This document shows, piece after piece, positions 35,150-43,573 of a DNA stretch of 46,391 nucleotides (position 1 is the stretch's first letter; each line of letters opens with the position of its first letter). The stretch comes from Candidatus Omnitrophota bacterium (GTDB lineage: Bacteria; Omnitrophota; Gorgyraeia; Gorgyraeales; Gorgyraeaceae), in contig JAHJHC010000114.1 in the NCBI GenBank assembly GCA_018824145.1, positions 1 to 46,391 on the forward strand, read 5' to 3'. Under the pieces are notes generated by a model. It had not been told where the DNA came from. It saw only the letters and a program-made list of their open reading frames with translations, and made no database searches. The position numbers and the translations under genes were made by a program.

Positions 35150-35487
35150 CTTTTCACCCTTTTATTCGCAATCTCTATAATTTTCTGCCGAACCTTTTCA
35201 TCATCAACTCCCCGGCTCATATTCCCCTGAGACGGCCGCATGTTAATCATTGAATCGAATTCAATAAAATCATCCCCTTGAAGATCAGGATAAAAATTTA
35301 TCCCCCACAAACTTTTTTGCTTTGAACCATTTTCAATAAGCAGTGCTTCCAAATCAGAATGCAATTCCGCATCAAAGGCAACCAATTCCCGCTCTACATC
35401 AACTACAGCCTTTACCATATCGCCAAAGGTACAAGCTGCAATCTTCCTCAATTCTTCAATTGTAATAACTCCCTTTACTATTTGCAT
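35146..35487 (-). CDS. DUF5674-family protein
   Basis: MVKAVVDVER, ELHSDLE.LL...GS.Q..LWGIN, IEFDSMINMRP; start reassigned to ATG 35487. Confidence 0.8.
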   Translation of the reverse strand: MQIVKGVITIEELRKIAACTFGDMVKAVVDVERELVAFDAELHSDLEALLIENGSKQKSLWGINFYPDLQGDDFIEFDSMINMRPSQGNMSRGVDDEKVRQKIIEIANKRVKR

Positions 35488-35542
35488 AGTTTCTTTTATA
35501 CCAAAAATCAGCCCAAAAAGCAATTGAATTGCATTTGCTGGC

Positions 35543-36358
35543 CTATTTTTTATACTCTATTTTTTGAAGCGATATTGTAACAGAACCGACTAACGGTATA
35601 CTGCTTGTCTTAACTAATAAGGGGATCCTTTTTTCATCTGCTGAGAACCACATAGTGGCCTTTGCCTTCCTTTTTATCTTTCCCTGAAACCAAGGCAACG
35701 GCTCTACCATAAACGCCTCCCACTCACCAACGCCCTTGATATTTATAAAACCTTTATTATGCACCTTTGTCTCTAAAAGGTAATTCTTTTCATCTACATT
35801 CAGATTAGCAAAAATAGACCCGCCAACATCTGCTTCTTGTAATCTAAAGTAATACATACAACTCAATGGGTCCTGAACTTTTTCAGGTATATCGAAAACT
35901 TTTTTACTGCGATTGAGCCGTGAAAAATAAATTGCCTTGCCTTTTTCCTGATCGAAATCAGTATATTCATCGGATCTGTAACTGCCTTCTCTTTGTTTCT
36001 TTTCGAATCTCACAGGATAAAGACCTTCTACATCTAAATATGTAGATATTTCATCTTCCACCTTATAGACCTTTGAGATTGCAGGTGTAGTGTTAGCCGT
36101 AGCGAGGATGTGATATACCTTACGGCCGTTCATCTGGGTAATTTCCTCGACCGACAATGTTGCCGTTCCCACATCCAAACCAAGCCATTCTATCCCATAT
36201 GTAAATTTCTCTCCGACACGTAAGGTCTTAGAAGGGGCCTCTATTTTTATCCCATTTCCCTTTTTTATAATCCTATATTTCGCGCCTATCCCGCATCCTG
36301 ATATTGAAAATACCAATAAAAGTATTAGTAAATATCTTGTTAGCTCTCTTATTCTCAT
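35543..36358 (-). CDS. DUF3108-domain lipoprotein
   Basis: Lipobox ISGC; GEKFTY...WLG..VG, QDPLS, WFSADEKRIP. Confidence 0.8.
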   Translation of the reverse strand: MRIRELTRYLLILLLVFSISGCGIGAKYRIIKKGNGIKIEAPSKTLRVGEKFTYGIEWLGLDVGTATLSVEEITQMNGRKVYHILATANTTPAISKVYKVEDEISTYLDVEGLYPVRFEKKQREGSYRSDEYTDFDQEKGKAIYFSRLNRSKKVFDIPEKVQDPLSCMYYFRLQEADVGGSIFANLNVDEKNYLLETKVHNKGFINIKGVGEWEAFMVEPLPWFQGKIKRKAKATMWFSADEKRIPLLVKTSSIPLVGSVTISLQKIEYKK

Positions 36359-36362
36359 ATAT

Positions 36363-37418
36363 CTATTTACCTGCTTTCTCGTTTAACAACTCGCCAGCCT
36401 TCTCCACCACTTCTTCCACAGTTACTGATCTAAGGCACAAGAAACCTTTTTTACAATTGTGCGCCAAACATTCCTTACAACCGACCTCCTTATGCAATAC
36501 TACACTTTTATCACCGAGCGCTTTCCATCTCGTAGGGCTAAGCCCCTTTTCATTCCTTCCAAATATGGATATAAGGGGTGTGCCCACAGCCGAGGCTATA
36601 TGAACAGGCCCTGAATCATTTGAAATAAATAGAGATGCCCTTTTGAATAGCGACGCTAACTCTCCCAGTGAAGTCCTGCCGCATAAAAATAAGGGTTTAT
36701 CTTTCATTAAGTCTCTGACTTTCTTACCTATCTCTATCTGGTCAGGACTTGAAATCAAAACACACTTCACACCAAATCTACCTATTAAGATATCCCCTAG
36801 CTCAGCAAAATTCTTCTGAGGCCACATCTTTGACACACAACTTGCACCGGGATGAAGCACAATAAATCTTTCACCTTTTGCCAAACCACATTCCTTTAGT
36901 AAATTATCCATGTTCTCTTCGTCTGATTTCTTAACCGGCATAACCAATGGCGACGGAGTTACGTTTATACCAATAGATCTCAATATATCCAGTGAATATT
37001 CTGATTCGTGTTTTTCTCCAAGGCGTTTGGTATATTCCAACTTGTCTGTTAAAAGAAAATCCATCTTACCCCGCGCGTATCCTATTCTCTTCGGGATTCT
37101 CGCCAAAAAACAGATCAGATTCACCCTCGCTGTAGAATGTAAAATAAGCGCCAGATCAAAACCTTTACTCCTGAGCCACCCAGAAAAAGCTACGGCCTTA
37201 AAAATACCTCTATGTTTAAATTTCTTATCATACACTATAACTCCATTTAGAAAAGGATTCCCTGTAACGATTTCTTTTGTCTTGGGTGATACCATAACAG
37301 CAATATATGCCTCAGGGAAGGCTTCTCTAGTAGCTGTAATCACAGGTGTAGAAAGCACGACATCGCCGATCCTATCAGTTCTCACAATAAGAATCTTTTT
37401 TATTTTCGAAATATCCAT
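36363..37418 (-). CDS. GT9 LPS heptosyltransferase (WaaF-like)
   Basis: RTDRIGDVVLSTP, HPGAS..K.WP, SNDSGPVHIA. Confidence 0.92.
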   Translation of the reverse strand: MDISKIKKILIVRTDRIGDVVLSTPVITATREAFPEAYIAVMVSPKTKEIVTGNPFLNGVIVYDKKFKHRGIFKAVAFSGWLRSKGFDLALILHSTARVNLICFLARIPKRIGYARGKMDFLLTDKLEYTKRLGEKHESEYSLDILRSIGINVTPSPLVMPVKKSDEENMDNLLKECGLAKGERFIVLHPGASCVSKMWPQKNFAELGDILIGRFGVKCVLISSPDQIEIGKKVRDLMKDKPLFLCGRTSLGELASLFKRASLFISNDSGPVHIASAVGTPLISIFGRNEKGLSPTRWKALGDKSVVLHKEVGCKECLAHNCKKGFLCLRSVTVEEVVEKAGELLNEKAGK

Positions 37419-37444
37419 GATTTAACTATGCTAAACTATCTGTT

Positions 37445-38419
37445 CTACAGCAATTTCTCTATGGCCTCTAATACTTCCCCTGCCTTAATCTCCTCCATAC
37501 ACTCGTGATTGAACTTACATACGGCTTTTCTACATGGAGAGCATTTGAGCCGTTTACGTATAACTATATCATTTTTACCTGTGGGGCCGTATTCTTCAGG
37601 GTCTGTAGGCCCAAATACTGCGGCTACTTTAATTCCGAGATCACATGCGATATGCAAAGAAGCGCTATCACAAGTTATAAGAAGCTGCATCTTGTCTATC
37701 AAGGCAAAAAGCTCATTTAAATTTATTTTTCCGGTCAAGTCAATCAAGTTCTTATGATTTACAGCATTCTGTATCCTGCTTGATATATTAACTTGAGTAG
37801 CATCCCCTATAAGAACAATTTTACAATCCCTGTGTCTTATAAGGTTGCTTATAACTTCTACAAAACCCTCTATGTGCCATTGTTTTAACGGGCTGCGACA
37901 AGCAGGGCTCAGGCCTATCAAGACATCACCTTTCTCCAAACCATGTTCTTCAAGTAATGCCTTAACCCTCTCCCTGTCTCTATTATCAATGTAAATGTTA
38001 CGATCCCCCATGTCTTTCTTGAATCCTATATTTAAGGCTTTTAATTTATTTAAATGCATTGTTTTCTTATGCCTGAGGGTATCTTTATTCATTGAAATTA
38101 AAGGGGACCTATACCTTGCAGCTATTAAAACAGGGATTAAACTAGTCTTCATATCTACTGCCAAGTCATACTTTTCGCTTTTTAGCTTTTTTATGAAAAG
38201 TATCTTATCTTTTAGCCCTGCATGTTTATCGTATATAAAAACACTATTGATCCTCGGGTCTTTTGTAAAGACCTCTTTCGGATTAGGCCCTACCACGACA
38301 TCTATAGTCTCGTCAGGGAATTTATCTCTAAGCGCAGATAAGACAGGCAAAGTCAAAACCACATCACCTATGTTACTGAGAGTTATAAAAAGGATTTTAT
38401 GAATATTGTCTAGTTTCAT
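37445..38419 (-). CDS. GT9 glycosyltransferase
   Basis: LSNIGDVVLTLP, TCDSASLHIA, FGPTDP; start at ATGA overlap 38419. Confidence 0.92.
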   Translation of the reverse strand: MKLDNIHKILFITLSNIGDVVLTLPVLSALRDKFPDETIDVVVGPNPKEVFTKDPRINSVFIYDKHAGLKDKILFIKKLKSEKYDLAVDMKTSLIPVLIAARYRSPLISMNKDTLRHKKTMHLNKLKALNIGFKKDMGDRNIYIDNRDRERVKALLEEHGLEKGDVLIGLSPACRSPLKQWHIEGFVEVISNLIRHRDCKIVLIGDATQVNISSRIQNAVNHKNLIDLTGKINLNELFALIDKMQLLITCDSASLHIACDLGIKVAAVFGPTDPEEYGPTGKNDIVIRKRLKCSPCRKAVCKFNHECMEEIKAGEVLEAIEKLL

Positions 38420-39423
38420 GACATTGCATCCAACACATCTTCCACACTTATGGATTTCATACACTTATTATCCTTACAGGAAAGTTTGTAACAAGGAATC
38501 TTACAATCAACATCCTTCTGTAAGATCTTGCACACACCTCCTCCGTAAGGACCTGTTATAGAAGGAGAAGTAGGGCCGAATAAGGCGATTAAAGGTGTTT
38601 TTATCCCCGCTGCAATATGCATTGGCCCAGAGTCATTCGAGATAACCCATTTTGCCTTTTCAAAGACAGCTCCCAGCTTTTTCAAATCTGTCTTGCCGCA
38701 TAGTAAGATCGGTTTTTGTTTCATTAAACCGGATATTCCTTCACACAAAACAACATCCTTCTCTGCACCGGTCAAAACGATACTTATATTGAATTTCTTG
38801 AAAATCTCTTCTCCAAGCCTGGCAAAATTCTCAAGAGGCCACCTTTTTAAATCCCAATTGCCGCCAGGATTAATTACTATAAAATCCGCGCCTTTTTTGA
38901 GGCCTCCTTTTTCTAATATCTCGTCTGCACCGAGCCTATCTTCATCAGAAACAAAAAACTCATAGCTTGTATCTCTCGGCTCAACACCGACACTCTTCAC
39001 CAGACCCAAAAAATACTCCACTTTGTGCAGGGCTTTAGAAGGCCGCGGGACTTTCTTAGTCAATAAAAAGCCTGCCTTTCTATTGTCATATCCTATACGT
39101 TCCGGTATTTTAGAAAGGAAAAGAAGCATTGTCCTGCTTAAGGATCTACGCAGTATAAACGCAGTATCGATCTTCATTGATTTCAGATGCGAAACAATTG
39201 CAAATTTCGCCAGGAGAGATCTATATATCCCCTTTTCATCATATGCGATGATTTCATCTATATGAGGATTCCCTTCGAGAATTTCCCTGCACCTGGGATG
39301 GGTAAGTACAGTAATATGGGATTTAATATAATTCTCTCTTATCGCTCTTATAAAGGGCGTTATAAAAAGCGTATCTCCCAACCAATTGACATTAACGATA
39401 AGTATCCGTTTCATCTCCATCAT
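38416..39423 (-). CDS. waaF: GT9 LPS heptosyltransferase II-like
   Basis: NWLGDTLFITP, NPGGNW..KRWP, SNDSGPMHIAA, FGPT. Confidence 0.85.
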   Translation of the reverse strand: MMEMKRILIVNVNWLGDTLFITPFIRAIRENYIKSHITVLTHPRCREILEGNPHIDEIIAYDEKGIYRSLLAKFAIVSHLKSMKIDTAFILRRSLSRTMLLFLSKIPERIGYDNRKAGFLLTKKVPRPSKALHKVEYFLGLVKSVGVEPRDTSYEFFVSDEDRLGADEILEKGGLKKGADFIVINPGGNWDLKRWPLENFARLGEEIFKKFNISIVLTGAEKDVVLCEGISGLMKQKPILLCGKTDLKKLGAVFEKAKWVISNDSGPMHIAAGIKTPLIALFGPTSPSITGPYGGGVCKILQKDVDCKIPCYKLSCKDNKCMKSISVEDVLDAMS

Positions 39424-40202
39424 CAATCCTCGTCTCTATGCTCCTTGAGCCAGGTATAAAACCCTGTTATCTCAATCCAAAACACAAATAAATTATCAGA
39501 GGTCCTCGATATGCGCAACCGTTTCATCGCGAATATATCATGTTTGGGATATTTTCTTCCCGGATTTGTAGCTACTGCTATAGTGTATCCTGCCTTCATG
39601 ACCTTGTCTCTTATATAATCATTAAAAGCACCTACCGGATAACTGAACGAAGTAACATCTTTTCTGATATGGCTTTCAATCGCGCGTTTGGAATCAAAGA
39701 TCTCTACGCCTAACTTCTGTTCCGAGGAGTCCGGCAGATACGCATGGGTCATTGTGTGACTACCGATAGAAATTAGTCCGCTCTCTGACATCTCAATTAC
39801 CTGACCCCATGTTAAATATCCATCCATTCCGATAAGACCAGGTGCTATGAAAATAGTTGCAGGAAGCCCCAGTTTTTTTAAAACAGGGTAAGCCTCTTTA
39901 TAATTATTCTCGTAACCGTCATCAAAAGTAATGGCAACCGTCTTATAGGGACTATTACCCTTTCCCATCAAACCCGGCAAGTCATGAAGTCTCACGACAT
40001 TATACCCATATTGCTTTAAAAAGGTCATCTGTCTCTCGAAACTATCAGGAGAAACACTTAATTTAGAAAACATAGCATCCTCATCAATCTTGTGATACAT
40101 AAGAATAGGAATAACATACTGTGATTTGGCATATACCAAGAAACTTAAAAGTAAAAACGCAAAAGTAAAAATTACAACTAAAAATTTAAAATTTTTTTTC
40201 AT
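39423..40202 (-). CDS. Polysaccharide deacetylase (CE4, NodB-like) with N-terminal signal/TM
   Basis: PILMYH, ITFDDGY, GSHTMTH, FSYPVG. Confidence 0.92.
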   Translation of the reverse strand: MKKNFKFLVVIFTFAFLLLSFLVYAKSQYVIPILMYHKIDEDAMFSKLSVSPDSFERQMTFLKQYGYNVVRLHDLPGLMGKGNSPYKTVAITFDDGYENNYKEAYPVLKKLGLPATIFIAPGLIGMDGYLTWGQVIEMSESGLISIGSHTMTHAYLPDSSEQKLGVEIFDSKRAIESHIRKDVTSFSYPVGAFNDYIRDKVMKAGYTIAVATNPGRKYPKHDIFAMKRLRISRTSDNLFVFWIEITGFYTWLKEHRDED

Positions 40203-40237
40203 TTTTAATTTTACCTTGTGGTTTTGTCTTTTTACTT

Positions 40238-41347
40238 TTAACTTTTTACTTCAATTTCTCTATACAACTCCGCCACCTTGTCCACCATTCCATTAATAGA
40301 AAACCTTTCTATGACTATTTCCCTACCAGCCTGGGACATCTTTTTGTAAAGCTCTTTTTGTTTCAATAGCTTCAATGTAGGCTCGACCAAAAATTCAGGC
40401 CGCGATGGAGGAACAAGAAATCCATTAACGCCGTCCTCAATGACATTGCGTATACCACCCACATCTGTAGCAACAACAGGTTTTCCCGCAGCCAGCGCTT
40501 CTATAGCAGCAATACCCAGGCCTTCTTTCCTTCTCGGAGCGAACATAAATACATCCAGGATAGACAGGATGTTTACGGTATTTATCTGCGGTTTTATAAA
40601 TATCACGTTCTCTGTTAGATTGAGACGATAAGCCAGATTTACTATATTCAAATACTCCTTGCCCTCACCCACAAAGACAAGTTGCACATTCGGTTTCTGT
40701 TTAAGAATATTGTAAAGCGCATACAAAAGCACATCATGCCCCTTGTCAGGCGTAAACCTGGAGATTGTCCCGATAATCGAATGGTCTTTTTTTATCCCGA
40801 ATCTATCCTTTAGATCATCCTTTTCTTTTTCTGAAAAATCTCTAAGGAATTTTTTGACATCTATGCCGTTATATATTAAAGCGACTTTATGCCGATCCAC
40901 CCGGAAATAACTCAAAAGATGGGACTGCACCGCGTCACTTATCGCGATCACACGCTCTCCCCATGAAGGCAATAAAGTCCTGCCTATATTTTTTCTGAAA
41001 AAACCATGACAGGTCGTGATAAAACCAACCTTGCATAATCTTGACACAAAAAAACCTACCACCTGCGCAACTCGTGTCTGTGCATGTATCACATCTATAT
41101 CTACTGCCTTAACTATCTTTGTGATCTCAAAAACAGCCCTAAAGACTTTAGGGCTCAATTCGGATTTAGTAGATAAATCAACTTTTAGATGTGAGACATC
41201 TCCGGCTGTTAACTCCGGCACTAAAACTCCTCCGCTTGAGGCGACAAAGACACTTTCACCTTTCGCCTTTAATGCCTTAGCCAGAGTCACAGTATACGTA
41301 GATATGCCGCCTATATTGAGATGGGTTGTGAGTAGTAATATTCGCAT
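40238..41347 (-). CDS. GT4 glycosyltransferase
   Basis: GGI, IYNGID, KGHDVL, EGLGIAAIEALAAGKPVVATDVGG; start reassigned to ATG 41347. Confidence 0.93.
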   Translation of the reverse strand: MRILLLTTHLNIGGISTYTVTLAKALKAKGESVFVASSGGVLVPELTAGDVSHLKVDLSTKSELSPKVFRAVFEITKIVKAVDIDVIHAQTRVAQVVGFFVSRLCKVGFITTCHGFFRKNIGRTLLPSWGERVIAISDAVQSHLLSYFRVDRHKVALIYNGIDVKKFLRDFSEKEKDDLKDRFGIKKDHSIIGTISRFTPDKGHDVLLYALYNILKQKPNVQLVFVGEGKEYLNIVNLAYRLNLTENVIFIKPQINTVNILSILDVFMFAPRRKEGLGIAAIEALAAGKPVVATDVGGIRNVIEDGVNGFLVPPSRPEFLVEPTLKLLKQKELYKKMSQAGREIVIERFSINGMVDKVAELYREIEVKS

Positions 41348-41357
41348 AAAAATTATA

Positions 41358-41490
41358 ATGACAAATGACAAAATTCAAAGCACAAAATAAATTCAAAATT
41401 CAAATAACAAATTTCAAAACAGAAGTTTTGTCATTTGATATTTGTGATTTGTCATTATTTTGGTATTTGTGATTTGTCATTTGAAATTTT
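41358..41490. repeat. Heptamer-periodic inverted repeat array (CAAAnnn units facing TTTGTnA units)
   Basis: CAAATGA CAAAATT CAAAGCA...CAAATAA CAAATTT then TTTGTCA TTTGATA TTTGTGA TTTGTCA...TTTGTGA TTTGTCA TTTGAAA. Confidence 0.8.
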
Positions 41491-43569
41491 TTCCATCACC
41501 AACTTAAATACTTCTTCCACGCCAATTTTCTCCATGCATCTGATTCTCTTACAATCGGATTTATAACATGGGGAGCAACTTAGTTCCTTTTTTATAATAG
41601 TCCCCCTATATATAGGCTCAAAGTGCCTTCTTGGATCAGTAGGGCCGAATAGGGCGATAAAATTTGTATCCATACCTGAAGCGACATGCATAGGAGCACT
41701 ATCTCCTGTAACAAAGACCTTGCACTTTTTTATCAACGCGGCTAACTGTGTAATCGTTGTCTTGCCAGAGGCGTCTATAACTTTATTATGTGTCATGTTC
41801 ATGAAATCCCTGACCAGGGACTTTTCTTCTTTAGACCCTGTAACAATGACCCTTATATCCTTTGCCGCCAACATATCTGAAAGTTTTGCAAAACATCTTA
41901 TTGGCCATCTCTTAGTCTTCCAACTGCCTCCGATATTAATCCCTACCAGAACCTGGTCTTTTCTCACCCATTCATTTTTCAATAAATTATCTATGTATAT
42001 AAAATCTTCTTTTCCAGGCCATGCTTCCAAACGCCTAGATGCACCTATTGTATTAATACCTGCTCTTTTAAGTACCCTGAACTGTTCTTCAACAGGCCCC
42101 ACACCTCCGATCTTCAAGTGTCTCAATCTATTATTCAACAAAAATCCGAACTTTTTATTATCATAGCCAAATCTTCTGGGAACAGCTCCTAACCACGCAA
42201 CAATATGGCTGGCCTTATTATTCTGCAAATCTATAGACATATCAAATGCCTTACCTCTTATAATAGAACCTATCCTCCATAAACTGCCTATACCTTTATC
42301 CTCGGCTTCCCTATGGTAAAGTATAATATCATCTATATACGGGCATCTCTTCAACAGCACGCCGGAGAATGCACCTACCAACACACTAATAAAGGCATTT
42401 GGAAAAGCATTCCTTATGGCCCTAAGACTGGGCACACTAAGTATGACATCGCCTATTGCGCCTATCTTTATCACCAAGATCCTTTTTTTATTACATGCCT
42501 CATCATAGACTTTTATAGTGCAATCCACCATCCGGTCCAGGCTATACTCTTTTTCAACCTTTCTCCTTGCCTCAAATGCCAGGTCTTTGGCAAGATTTCT
42601 GTCCTTTAGCAATCTTATTATAGAATTTACTATCTCCATAATATCGCCGGGCTTTACAAGTAAACCTGTCTTACCGTCTTCTATAATATCCACTGCGCCG
42701 CCTATACGCGTACTTATGACAGGCACACCGCTTGCGCCAGCCTCAACAATCACCCGGCCAAACGCCTCTTGGCCTACAGAAGGAAGCACCAAAAGATCAA
42801 GTCCGGACATTATTTTGGGTATATCCTGCTGCGAACCCAATAATTCTACAAATCTCTCTATATTAAGTTTGGAGATCAACACCTTTAAATTTTTCTTGTA
42901 TTCAGGCTTATTTTTAGGCGAATCCCCTACAATCAATATCTTTACATTCGGAAAGATTCTCACGACTTTCGCAATCGCCTGTAAAAAAAAGATATGGCCT
43001 TTTATAGGCGTGATCCTACCTATAATACCTATTTTATACTCTGCCTTTTGACGAGTAGTATCCGGCGGATTGAATCTAAATCTTTCAAGATCGACTCCCC
43101 TGGGAATAAATCTTATCCTTTCGTGTGGAACACCAAAATCTCCTATCATATGCCGCCCCACAATGCCGGAAGCTACGATTACAAATTTACCCCAACCCAT
43201 TACGCGACTTAAAAAATGTCTCGAGTAATAGCCATGTGCTGTAGTGATAAAACTGGCATTTGTATGTCTAGCGGCAAAAAACGCAATAAGTGCCGGTACG
43301 CGAGAGCGGGCATGTACGACATCAATACGTTCTTCTTTCATGATGCGCTCTAATTTTTTAACCATCTTGACTACAGTAAACAGTGATTTTTCATGAACTG
43401 GAAGTTGTATATGTCTTGCACCTGCATCCATCAGGTCTCTCACCATTGTCCCGCCATTAGATACAACAATAGCCCTATGACCTCTTTTAATTAATTCCTT
43501 AGACAAATCAATTGTCCCGGTCTCTACGCCGCCTACATCCAATGCCGGAAGGATCTGTAAAATATTCAT
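41455..43569 (-). CDS. GT4-GT9 bifunctional glycosyltransferase fusion
   Basis: N-terminal GGVETG...EAFGRVIVEA (GT4); C-terminal IGAIGDVILSVP...TGDSAPMHVA (GT9). Confidence 0.92.
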   Translation of the reverse strand: MNILQILPALDVGGVETGTIDLSKELIKRGHRAIVVSNGGTMVRDLMDAGARHIQLPVHEKSLFTVVKMVKKLERIMKEERIDVVHARSRVPALIAFFAARHTNASFITTAHGYYSRHFLSRVMGWGKFVIVASGIVGRHMIGDFGVPHERIRFIPRGVDLERFRFNPPDTTRQKAEYKIGIIGRITPIKGHIFFLQAIAKVVRIFPNVKILIVGDSPKNKPEYKKNLKVLISKLNIERFVELLGSQQDIPKIMSGLDLLVLPSVGQEAFGRVIVEAGASGVPVISTRIGGAVDIIEDGKTGLLVKPGDIMEIVNSIIRLLKDRNLAKDLAFEARRKVEKEYSLDRMVDCTIKVYDEACNKKRILVIKIGAIGDVILSVPSLRAIRNAFPNAFISVLVGAFSGVLLKRCPYIDDIILYHREAEDKGIGSLWRIGSIIRGKAFDMSIDLQNNKASHIVAWLGAVPRRFGYDNKKFGFLLNNRLRHLKIGGVGPVEEQFRVLKRAGINTIGASRRLEAWPGKEDFIYIDNLLKNEWVRKDQVLVGINIGGSWKTKRWPIRCFAKLSDMLAAKDIRVIVTGSKEEKSLVRDFMNMTHNKVIDASGKTTITQLAALIKKCKVFVTGDSAPMHVASGMDTNFIALFGPTDPRRHFEPIYRGTIIKKELSCSPCYKSDCKRIRCMEKIGVEEVFKLVMEKISNDKSQIPK

Positions 43570-43573
43570 AAAA

